Positions 1 through 7,275 of a DNA stretch of 24,529 nt are shown piece after piece. The DNA comes from a virus. Taxonomy: Duplodnaviria > Caudoviricetes. The stretch spans positions 1 through 24,529 of the IMG/VR virus record IMGVR_UViG_3300005512_000317; one strand, given 5' to 3'. The position numbers and the translations under genes were made by a program. Under the pieces are notes generated by a model that was not told where the DNA came from, made no database searches, and saw only the letters and a program-made list of their open reading frames with translations. Within the stretch, counting starts at the first letter, position 1, and each line of letters starts with the position of its first letter.

Positions 1-58
1 TATGCTCCGCAGCCCGCGGTGGAGGATCCTGATTTGTGGATCTGGTTATTTTTTTCTT

Positions 59-88
59 CTTTGCGTCAAACGAACGCTTGACGCAAAG
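59..88. repeat. Perfect 11-bp inverted repeat overlapping the -35 box (candidate operator)
   Basis: CTTTGCGTCAA (59-69), 8-nt spacer, TTGACGCAAAG (78-88). Confidence 0.7.
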
Positions 89-106
89 GGAAAGGATCTG
101 TATAAT
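78..106 (+). promoter_or_regulatory. Near-consensus sigma70-type promoter
   Basis: TTGACG (78-83), 17-nt spacer, TATAAT (101-106); T-rich tract upstream (45-62); GGAGAG RBS (141-146) and ATG (151) downstream. Confidence 0.85.
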
Positions 107-150
107 GATCTCAACAACGCCGCCCGCGCGGGCCGCAACCGGAGAGACAA

Positions 151-375
151 ATGCTTATCGAGAACCACGGAAACAACAGCTACACCGTCGACAAAATCGA
201 AATCACCGTTTGGGATAACGGCATCTTGGTTGGCGGCACTTCCTGTAACCGCCTGGCGATCAAGCCCTTCTATGCGCCGACGCTGGCGGCGAGCATCGAT
301 AAGGCGCTCGCGCACTACAAGAAGACCTCGATCAAGCAGGCGCTCAACGCCTTCGCAGCGTACAAGGCGGCATGA
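151..375 (+). CDS. Small hypothetical protein, 74 aa (moron/early-gene-like)
   Basis: Good RBS, own promoter and terminator, coding-like codon pattern; no family recognised. Confidence 0.8.
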   Translation: MLIENHGNNSYTVDKIEITVWDNGILVGGTSCNRLAIKPFYAPTLAASIDKALAHYKKTSIKQALNAFAAYKAA

Positions 376-376
376 C

Positions 377-409
377 AAGAACCCGTCGAAAGCCGGGTTT
401 TCTTTTTTT
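377..409 (+). terminator. Rho-independent terminator
   Basis: Stem AACCCG(T)C-GAAA-G(C)CGGGTT immediately after the TGA at 373-375, followed by TTCTTTTTTT. Confidence 0.8.
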
Positions 410-420
410 CGGGACTTTAC

Positions 421-996
421 ATGAACTCCAAACCATCAAAAGAATCTATTATTCGGGCGCAGGAACGGCTTATTCCCGAACACATAATGGGATGCGATTT
501 CGATGAGGCGCACGATCGGTGTTGGTGTTGCGGTTGCAAGAGAAACACGGAACGCGCACACATGACGCCGGAATCGCTTGGGGGAGGTAACGATCCAGAT
601 AATTTTGTGCTTCTTTGCGCGAGGTGTCACGAGGAAGCGCCGGACGTAAGCAAAGAGGCGATGCTGGGCTGGCTAGAACGAGAGCATAGTGTTTTTTACG
701 GCGACCGGTGGGCGCGAAAGGCCATGAGGGGCGCGGGGCTTTTTCACGTTAAGGACGACGACGGGGAAAAGATTGATCGCGCATTAAAAAGCGAGCCAGA
801 AATCATCAATGCAATGAAAGAAAATGTTTCAACTCATTTCGGGATTGGGCTCTCTCATGGGACGATAGTTTGGATTATTGAAGAAATCATGAGAGCTAGC
901 GGGATTCCCGTTGCCGGTTGCCAAGAACAGGCGCGTCGTGCTATGATCGGCGCACTATGCCAAAAGGAGCAAGACGACCCACGGCGAAGTCGATGA
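421..996 (+). CDS. HNH endonuclease, Zn-binding type
   Basis: CWCCG...ERAH...GGGNDPDNFVLLCARCHEE matches the CxxC-H-N-CxxCH HNH pattern; lies just before the terminase genes. Confidence 0.85.
   Translation: MNSKPSKESIIRAQERLIPEHIMGCDFDEAHDRCWCCGCKRNTERAHMTPESLGGGNDPDNFVLLCARCHEEAPDVSKEAMLGWLEREHSVFYGDRWARKAMRGAGLFHVKDDDGEKIDRALKSEPEIINAMKENVSTHFGIGLSHGTIVWIIEEIMRASGIPVAGCQEQARRAMIGALCQKEQDDPRRSR
918..947 (+). promoter_or_regulatory. Candidate promoter for the terminase genes, inside the HNH 3' end
   Basis: TTGCCA (918-923), 18 nt, TATGAT (942-947) with extended -10 TGn; ATG at 957 has no clear SD. Confidence 0.5.
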
Positions 997-1427
997 CGCT
1001 TGCGGCGCAACGTGAAAACGACGCGCTCGAGCTTCGCACGCGCGGTTGCACCTACGATCAGATCTCGAAGGCGCTCGGCATCACCCGGCAGGGCGCAGCC
1101 GATTGCGTGCGGCGCGCGCTTGCGGCTCTGAAAGTTGACACCGAGGAAAAAGCGCACGAGGTCAGAGATCTCGAATTGCGTCGACTCGATAAAATGTTGC
1201 AGATCGCAGAAGCCGCAGCGGAAGGCGGAGATCTTGCGGCAATCGACCGGGTGATCCGCATTCAGGAACGGCGCTCGAAGTATCTCGGGCTCGATGCCCC
1301 GGCGAAGTCGGAGACGCACACGACGGTCGCGGCGGCGATCGACTTGTCGTCGATGGACGATCGCAAACTCGCGGATCTGGAAAAAGCGTACAAGCAGATC
1401 ATAGATGACGACGATCCCATCGCTTGA
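957..1427 (+). CDS. terS: Terminase small subunit (HTH-containing)
   Basis: HTH-like ALELRTRGCTYDQISKALGITRQGA, helical middle, RRSKYLGLDAP motif; directly upstream of and overlapping terL. ATG 957 preferred to TTG 918. Confidence 0.8.
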   Translation: MPKGARRPTAKSMTLAAQRENDALELRTRGCTYDQISKALGITRQGAADCVRRALAALKVDTEEKAHEVRDLELRRLDKMLQIAEAAAEGGDLAAIDRVIRIQERRSKYLGLDAPAKSETHTTVAAAIDLSSMDDRKLADLEKAYKQIIDDDDPIA

Positions 1428-2919
1428 GCAAATCCAGGCGGAGCGGGCGCGGCGTCATCTCCGCGACTTCGTTCGATACGCGTGGCCCGTACTCGAGCCA
1501 GAGACGCCGCTCGTTTGGAGCTGGCATCTCGACGCGGTTTGCGATCACCTCGAGGCGGTGTCGAACGGCGAGATCAAGCGGCTCTTGATCAACATACCGC
1601 CGGGTCATGCGAAAAGTCTCCTCGTTTCTGTCTTCTGGCCCGCGTGGCAATGGGTTCGACGCCCGGCGTGGCGCGCGCTTTTCTCGTCGTACAAGGCCGA
1701 ACTCGCGATCCGCGATTCGGTGCGATGTCGTTCGGTCATCCAGTCCGATTGGTACCAATCCGCCTTCTCGCCGGATTGGAAACTGAGCGGCGATCAGAAC
1801 GTCAAGTCATATTTCCAGAATGATCGAACTGGCGCGCGTCAATCCATCGGCGTGGGCGGTGGCGCGACTGGGTTTCGTGGTGACGCCGTCGTCGTCGATG
1901 ACCCGCTGAAAGCCGACGAGTTTCCATCGCCCGATGAACTCGAGAAGGTCATATCGTGGTGGGACTTCCAGATGTCGTCGCGGCTGAACGACATGTCGAA
2001 GGGCGCGCGCGTCGTCATAATGCAGCGGCTTCACGAGCGCGACTTGTCCGGGTATCTACTCGAGCGCGGCGGGTATGAGCATCTCTGCCTTCCGAGCGAA
2101 TACGACCCGGGACGTAGTTGCGTAACTTCGATTGGGTTCGAGGATCCTCGCACAGAGAAGGGCGACTTGTTGTTTCCCGGCAAGTTTCCCCCCGCGGTAC
2201 TCGATGAAGCCAAGCGCGACCTCGGTCCCTACGGCTACTCGGGGCAGCACGATCAAAGCCCGACGCCGGTTGGCGGTTCAATCATCAAAGAAGAATGGAT
2301 TCGCTATTGGTATCCGCTCGAGGCCAAACCGCCGATCCCCGTTGTCGTCTCGACCGAGAACGGCGCGCGGGAGATTCCACAGGGGCCGCTTCCCCCGCGC
2401 CTCGACGTGCAAATCCAATCTTGGGATCTTGCGTTCAAGGGCAACGCAACTTCCGACTTCGTCGCGGGTCATGTTTGGGCCCGCACCGGCGCGCGCTTCT
2501 TTCTTCTCGACCGAACGCACGCGCGCCTTGACTTCCCTCAAACCCTGGACGCGATTCGAGAAATGTCGAAGCGACATATCGAGGCAACAGAGAAGCTAGT
2601 CGAGGACAAGGCGAACGGACCGGCGGTTCTCGCTTCGCTCCGCAACGAACTACCGGGATTGATCCCCGTATCCCCAAGCGGCGGCAAAGAAGCACGACTT
2701 CACGCGGTCGCGCCGCTTTTTGCGGCGGGTAACGTCTACCTGCCTCACCCGTCAATCGCTCCGTGGACGTCCGAAGTCGTGGCGGAACTCGTTCGTTTCC
2801 CCCGGGCGCCGAATGACGACGACGTGGACGCCGCAACACAAGCGCTCGCTCGGTTGAATCAGGCGGCAGAGATGGCGCTCGCTTTCCACACCGACACGTC
2901 GGCGTCTCGATGGCGTTGA
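1405..2919 (+). CDS. terL: Terminase large subunit
   Basis: Walker A-like INIPPGHAKS, Walker B VVVDDP, IMQRLHERDL, nuclease motifs SWDLAFK, VEDKANG and DDDVDA. Confidence 0.96.
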   Translation: MTTIPSLEQIQAERARRHLRDFVRYAWPVLEPETPLVWSWHLDAVCDHLEAVSNGEIKRLLINIPPGHAKSLLVSVFWPAWQWVRRPAWRALFSSYKAELAIRDSVRCRSVIQSDWYQSAFSPDWKLSGDQNVKSYFQNDRTGARQSIGVGGGATGFRGDAVVVDDPLKADEFPSPDELEKVISWWDFQMSSRLNDMSKGARVVIMQRLHERDLSGYLLERGGYEHLCLPSEYDPGRSCVTSIGFEDPRTEKGDLLFPGKFPPAVLDEAKRDLGPYGYSGQHDQSPTPVGGSIIKEEWIRYWYPLEAKPPIPVVVSTENGAREIPQGPLPPRLDVQIQSWDLAFKGNATSDFVAGHVWARTGARFFLLDRTHARLDFPQTLDAIREMSKRHIEATEKLVEDKANGPAVLASLRNELPGLIPVSPSGGKEARLHAVAPLFAAGNVYLPHPSIAPWTSEVVAELVRFPRAPNDDDVDAATQALARLNQAAEMALAFHTDTSASRWR

Positions 2920-2954
2920 CACATCTTGCGCTTTATGCCTTCGCTTGTAAGGAT
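2917..2954 (+). promoter_or_regulatory. Candidate internal promoter upstream of portal
   Basis: TGACAC-N3-TTGCGC, 17 nt, AAGGAT; shares TGACAC-N3-TTGC with 10537 and 18585 and GGATCCnGnACCATGGCA with 5895. The -10 is degenerate. Confidence 0.4.
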
Positions 2955-2962
2955 CCCGAACC

Positions 2963-4264
2963 ATGGCACCTAGACGCGCACCCGATTTAGATATCCTCGG
3001 TTGGACCGGCCTTAAACAACACGGCGGATCGCTGGACGATGAATTCCATCGTGCACTCAAGGGCGAGCGCGGGAAAAAGCTTCTTCGCGAGATGGCGGAC
3101 AACGACCCGATTGTCGGGACCATCATCCAAGCGATCTCGACGTTCGTGCGGCAGACCGATGTTCACGTTCGGAACGACGCCGAAAGCGCGGCGGGCGCGG
3201 CGAACATGGAATTCGTTTCGCAATGCCTCGACGATATGTCGTCAAGCTTCGATGATACGCTTTCAGAGATAATGCGCTCCATCATTGTCTTCGGGTTCGC
3301 TTATATCGAAATCGTCTATAAGTTGCGCGACGGCGACAACGCGGACCCGCGGCGGAACTCAGACTACGACGACGGCAAAGTCGGATGGCGAAAGTGGGGG
3401 CCGAGACCGGCGGAGACGATCCAGCGGTGGAAGTTCGACGATGACGGCGGCGTCAAGGGCGCGCACCAAATCCAGATGAACGGCGGCGAAGTCTTTCTGC
3501 CGATTGAAAAATGCCTGCTCTTCCGCACCGAAACGATCAACGGCAACCCCGAAGGCAGATCGATGTTGCGCAACTCGTTCACGTCGTACCACTACGCGAA
3601 GAACTTGCGCGAGATTGAGGCGATCGGAATCGAACGAGACATGACCGGGCTTCCGGTTCTCCGAGTTCCCCCGTCCATCATGGCGGCGGCGACTGGCACA
3701 CGGGAAGCGGCGATTCGCTCCGACCTCGAGAAGCTAGGGCAGCAAATCCGACGCGACGAGCGTGCCTTTATGATGCTACCGGCGAAGGAGTACGCGGGGC
3801 AGGGGACCGGCTACGACTTCGAACTTATGGCGTCGCCGGGTTCGCATTCCATCGACACCGACGTCGTGATTCGCCGCTACGAGTCACGAATGGCGATGCC
3901 GCTTCTGGCCGAGGTCATGTTCCTCGGCGTCGACGGTTCGCAAGGTCTCGGCGGTTCGCTTGGCGAGGTAAAGCTAGAGATGTTCGAGAAGTCCATTACG
4001 GCGCTTCTCGAGCGCATCGCCGCACCGATCAACGACTTCGCAATCCCTCGACTCATGAGACTAAACGGGCAAATGGACCGCGCGGATTATCCCCGCTTCT
4101 CGTTTGGTCCGGTCTCTCGTCCTCGACTTGCTGAGCTTGGCGAGTTCTTGCAGAAGACCGCGAGCGCGGCCGTCGTGGTCCCAGACCGCACCCTGGAGAA
4201 CTACGTTCGCGAGCAAGCGGGGCTTCCAGAAGCGGAAGATCAAGAGGACCTTGCCGATGGGTAA
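2963..4264 (+). CDS. Portal protein (DUF935 / Mu gp29-like)
   Basis: Follows terL; 433 aa; motifs GFAYIEIVYK, GNPEGRSMLRNSF, IEAIGIERDMTGLP, IPRLMRLN. Confidence 0.92.
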   Translation: MAPRRAPDLDILGWTGLKQHGGSLDDEFHRALKGERGKKLLREMADNDPIVGTIIQAISTFVRQTDVHVRNDAESAAGAANMEFVSQCLDDMSSSFDDTLSEIMRSIIVFGFAYIEIVYKLRDGDNADPRRNSDYDDGKVGWRKWGPRPAETIQRWKFDDDGGVKGAHQIQMNGGEVFLPIEKCLLFRTETINGNPEGRSMLRNSFTSYHYAKNLREIEAIGIERDMTGLPVLRVPPSIMAAATGTREAAIRSDLEKLGQQIRRDERAFMMLPAKEYAGQGTGYDFELMASPGSHSIDTDVVIRRYESRMAMPLLAEVMFLGVDGSQGLGGSLGEVKLEMFEKSITALLERIAAPINDFAIPRLMRLNGQMDRADYPRFSFGPVSRPRLAELGEFLQKTASAAVVVPDRTLENYVREQAGLPEAEDQEDLADG

Positions 4265-5156
4265 AGTCTGCTGCGTCCACAAGGCAATCGACACCGAAGA
4301 CTTCTACGGCGACGCCAACGAAGTTCGATTCGGCCGACGACTTGCGGGCGCATTCAAGACCGCATCGAACGAACTCGTTTCCGCTTGGGATTCGCTGGAC
4401 CCGCAGACCGCGGAGCAGGCGTACCAAGCGATCCTTCGGATGCCATGGAATGAATCGTTCGGGGCGTTCCAAACTGAGTGGGAAGAAACCACGAAGTCGG
4501 TCATGACCGAGGCTGGCGAGCGCTCATTCCGAGACTTGCGCGGTCGAGTCTCGACGACGACCTCGACTCTGTTCACGACGGCGTTCACGGTCGAGAACCC
4601 ATACAGCCGAGTCTATATTCGCGAGCGTTCATCTAAACTGATCGTGCAAATAAGCAACGAAACCCGCGAAGCGGTAAAGAATATCCTGGACAAGGCGATC
4701 CGCAACGGCGAGCCGCCGCGCGCAATCCGAACCCGTATCGGGAACACAACCGGGCTTTTCGACCGATGGGCGTCGGCGGTCGACCGACGGTACAGTGAAC
4801 TTCTGGCGAGCGGTGTCCCCGAGGGCGAGGCGAGCAAAGCAGCGGCGAAATATCACGACAAGTTGCTTCGACGTCGAGGAGAGAATATCGCGAGAACCGA
4901 AATCGTCTCAGCGTCAAATCAAGGGACGCTGGATTCGTGGAAGATTGCGCAAGATAACCAATGGATTCCAAGCGATTCGAAGAAAGAGTGGATCGCCGGG
5001 TTCGGTTCCGCGCGGACGTGTCCGTATTGCTCCGCGCTCCATGGAACCGTTGTCGGCGTGAATGATCTCTTTCCCGATACCGGGATCGGGCGCAGCGAGC
5101 GACCGCCGCTTCACCCATCGTGCCGATGCACCATCGGCCTAGTCTTCGAGGATTGA
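4257..5156 (+). CDS. Minor head morphogenesis protein (MuF / SPP1 gp7-like)
   Basis: IARTE, KEW...RTCPYC, PPLHPSCRC motifs; start at ATG 4257 after GAGGA. Confidence 0.9.
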   Translation: MGKVCCVHKAIDTEDFYGDANEVRFGRRLAGAFKTASNELVSAWDSLDPQTAEQAYQAILRMPWNESFGAFQTEWEETTKSVMTEAGERSFRDLRGRVSTTTSTLFTTAFTVENPYSRVYIRERSSKLIVQISNETREAVKNILDKAIRNGEPPRAIRTRIGNTTGLFDRWASAVDRRYSELLASGVPEGEASKAAAKYHDKLLRRRGENIARTEIVSASNQGTLDSWKIAQDNQWIPSDSKKEWIAGFGSARTCPYCSALHGTVVGVNDLFPDTGIGRSERPPLHPSCRCTIGLVFED

Positions 5157-5158
5157 AC

Positions 5159-5857
5159 ATGGAAAAAGCGGAAACGTATAAACCAACGGGGGCGATGGCG
5201 GCGAACGCACGCCGGGCGCTCGAGGTGCGCGCAGAGAAACCCCCATCGCAACGCGGGATGACTTCAGTCGGAATCGCCCGGGCGCGGCAACTCATGAACC
5301 GCGAGGCGCTATCTGAGGACACGGTTCGCCGGATGAAGGCGTTCTTTGATCGGCACGAAGTCGACAAGCAAGGTGCAACCTGGGACGAACAAGGCAAGGG
5401 CTGGCAAGCCTGGAACGGTTGGGGGGGCGATGAAGGTTACACTTGGGCGAAAGCGATCGTCCGCCGTTTGGATCGTGCCGAAAAAGCGTTCGAAGTTTCG
5501 AAGCTGGATGACGACAAGCGATTGGTGTTCGGTTGGGCTTCTGTTTTGGAGAACGAAGACGGAAGCCCCCTAGAGGACTTACAGGGCGATGTCATCGCGC
5601 CAGATGAACTTGAAAGCGCCGTTTACAAGTTCGTTCTCGATTCCCGGAAGGCAGGCGAGATGCATGAGCGGACCGAGGGCATTGGACGCTTGGTTGAGTC
5701 GTTCGTCTTGACCCCGGAGAAAGCCGCAGTCCTCGGCATCGAGAAGCGCGCCGGATGGTGGGTTGGCTTCAAGATCGATGACGATTCGACATGGTCGGAA
5801 GTGAAGAAAGGAAACTTCCGGATGTTTTCCATCGGCGGCAAGGCGATCAGAAACTAA
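5159..5857 (+). CDS. XkdF-like prohead serine protease with an extra N-terminal domain
   Basis: C-half RLVFGWASV, DLQGDVI, GEMH, LVESF, WWVGFKI, FSIGG; N-terminal 110 aa form a separate Trp/Arg-rich domain. Start ATG 5159 after GAGGA. Confidence 0.85.
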   Translation: MEKAETYKPTGAMAANARRALEVRAEKPPSQRGMTSVGIARARQLMNREALSEDTVRRMKAFFDRHEVDKQGATWDEQGKGWQAWNGWGGDEGYTWAKAIVRRLDRAEKAFEVSKLDDDKRLVFGWASVLENEDGSPLEDLQGDVIAPDELESAVYKFVLDSRKAGEMHERTEGIGRLVESFVLTPEKAAVLGIEKRAGWWVGFKIDDDSTWSEVKKGNFRMFSIGGKAIRN

Positions 5858-5869
5858 TGTCAACCCCTC

Positions 5870-5898
5870 TTGAACGCGCGGATCGGCGCGTATAGGAT
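5870..5898 (+). promoter_or_regulatory. Candidate internal promoter upstream of scaffold/capsid genes
   Basis: TTGAAC, 17 nt, TAGGAT in a 49-nt intergenic gap; spacer holds the dyad ACGCGC-N6-GCGCGT. Confidence 0.6.
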
Positions 5899-5906
5899 CC
5901 AGGACC

Positions 5907-6842
5907 ATGGCAACAGAATTGACCGAACTCGAACTTGACGAAGTCTCGCTTGTCGACAAGGGCGCAAACCAGGAAGCCCACGTCATGATCGTGAAGCGCG
6001 GACCGCTTCGCCGCTTCGCCGATTGGGTGATGGGCAAGAACTACGGCGAAGACTACGGCGCACCACGACCGATGTCTCAAATCATGATGGAAGACGAGGC
6101 GCAATCTCAGCTTGCGCGACTCATGATGGCACTACACGAATCCCTTGAAAGCATCCAGGGCGCAGACATTGACGCGGACGAGAAACTCGCGCTTATGCAA
6201 CAAAGCGCGGCGGAGTTCGCGGAAGCGGTCGAGGGGATCGAAATCATGAAGTCTCTACGCGATGAAATCGATTCTCTCTCGTCGCTTGACGAGATCCCCG
6301 CGGCGATTGCCGCACTAAACAAAGCTCTTGGTAACGAGGGCGAAACCGAAGAGGTGGAAGACATGACCGAGCCGGTCAAGACCGAGGAGACCTCGGTCGA
6401 AGTCGAAAAAGCGGACGACGTCGCCAAGGCGCTCGAAACCGAAGTCGCAAAGCGCGAAGCGCTCGAGAAGAAACTTGCAGAGATGGAAGCCGTTGCCAAG
6501 CGCGCCGAAATCGCCGCACGAGTTGAGAAGAACATGGACAGCGTACCCGGCGGAAACGCTGGCGAACTTGTCGACCTTCTCGTCGCAATCCACGACGGCG
6601 CGGGCGCCGATGTCGCTGGCAAGGTCGAGGCGCTTCTCGTTTCGTCCTCACAAGCGGTGTCTGAGTCCGCAGTTCTCGAGGAAGTCGGCAAAGACGCAGG
6701 CGCCGAAACCGACGTGTTCAGCCGCGCGCAAGCTATCGCCGACGAACTCCGAAAGAACGATCCCTCCCTCACGAAAGAAGTCGCTTTGGCGAAGGCTTTC
6801 GAGACTAACCCCGAACTCGCAGCGGCGGCATACGCTCGCTGA
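5907..6842 (+). CDS. Capsid scaffold protein with N-terminal protease-like strand
   Basis: Starts LELDEVSLVDKGAN; the rest is acidic, Ala/Glu-rich and coiled-coil-like; lies between protease and capsid genes. Confidence 0.8.
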   Translation: MATELTELELDEVSLVDKGANQEAHVMIVKRGPLRRFADWVMGKNYGEDYGAPRPMSQIMMEDEAQSQLARLMMALHESLESIQGADIDADEKLALMQQSAAEFAEAVEGIEIMKSLRDEIDSLSSLDEIPAAIAALNKALGNEGETEEVEDMTEPVKTEETSVEVEKADDVAKALETEVAKREALEKKLAEMEAVAKRAEIAARVEKNMDSVPGGNAGELVDLLVAIHDGAGADVAGKVEALLVSSSQAVSESAVLEEVGKDAGAETDVFSRAQAIADELRKNDPSLTKEVALAKAFETNPELAAAAYAR

Positions 6843-6861
6843 TTAGAAAGGAGCCTAAGTA

Positions 6862-7245
6862 ATGGCTACTGATATGCAACTCATCAGCGACGTGACCTTC
6901 GAGGCCGCCGCCGATCTCTCCGCTAAACAATTTCATTTCGTCAAGTTGAGCGCAGCGAACACCGTCGCCGCGTGTACCGCGACGACCGACAACCCCATCG
7001 GTATTCTGCAAAACAAACCTAGCGCAGCCGGTCGTCCGGCCGTCGTTCGTTTGTTCGGCGTGTCGAAGGCAGTCGCTTCCGGCATCATCTCCGCTGGCGC
7101 GTTGATCGCTACCGAGGCAGACGCCGAAGTTGGCGTTCCCGCGACCAACGACCCCGTCGTGGGCAAAGCGCTCGAAGCCGCTACCGCTCAAGGCGAAGTG
7201 ATCAAAGTGTTAATCAACTGCGTGAACCCCTACATCTCGGCCTGA
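6862..7245 (+). CDS. Capsid decoration/cement protein (DUF2190-like)
   Basis: AADLS..QFHFVKL, IGILQNKP, VVGKALEAA..GEVIKVL; AGAAAGGAG RBS; immediately before the major capsid gene. Confidence 0.8.
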   Translation: MATDMQLISDVTFEAAADLSAKQFHFVKLSAANTVAACTATTDNPIGILQNKPSAAGRPAVVRLFGVSKAVASGIISAGALIATEADAEVGVPATNDPVVGKALEAATAQGEVIKVLINCVNPYISA

Positions 7246-7275
7246 TAACGTCGACACAAAGAAAGGATAAGACTC

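Noticed and set aside
24-110. Four GATC sites near the first promoter as a methylation switch
   Set aside because: GATC is frequent throughout the window, so the cluster is not clearly above background.
2-424. 140-aa ORF 2..424 and 60-aa ORF 36..218
   Set aside because: They run through the promoter, the better-supported 151..375 gene and its terminator; Arg/Ser-rich off-frame composition.
4104-4256. Upstream extension of the MuF ORF (likewise starts 918, 5120, 7833, 8302, 22970)
   Set aside because: These overlap the previous gene extensively; the downstream ATGs have an RBS, a promoter candidate or stop-start coupling.
4257-5156. MuF polymorphic toxin
   Set aside because: The protein ends a few residues after HPSCRC, with no C-terminal toxin domain or immunity gene.
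5840-5910. Frameshift or readthrough joining protease and scaffold
   Set aside because: Different frames, a TGA at 5871 in the scaffold frame, no slippery heptamer, and a promoter-like element in the gap.
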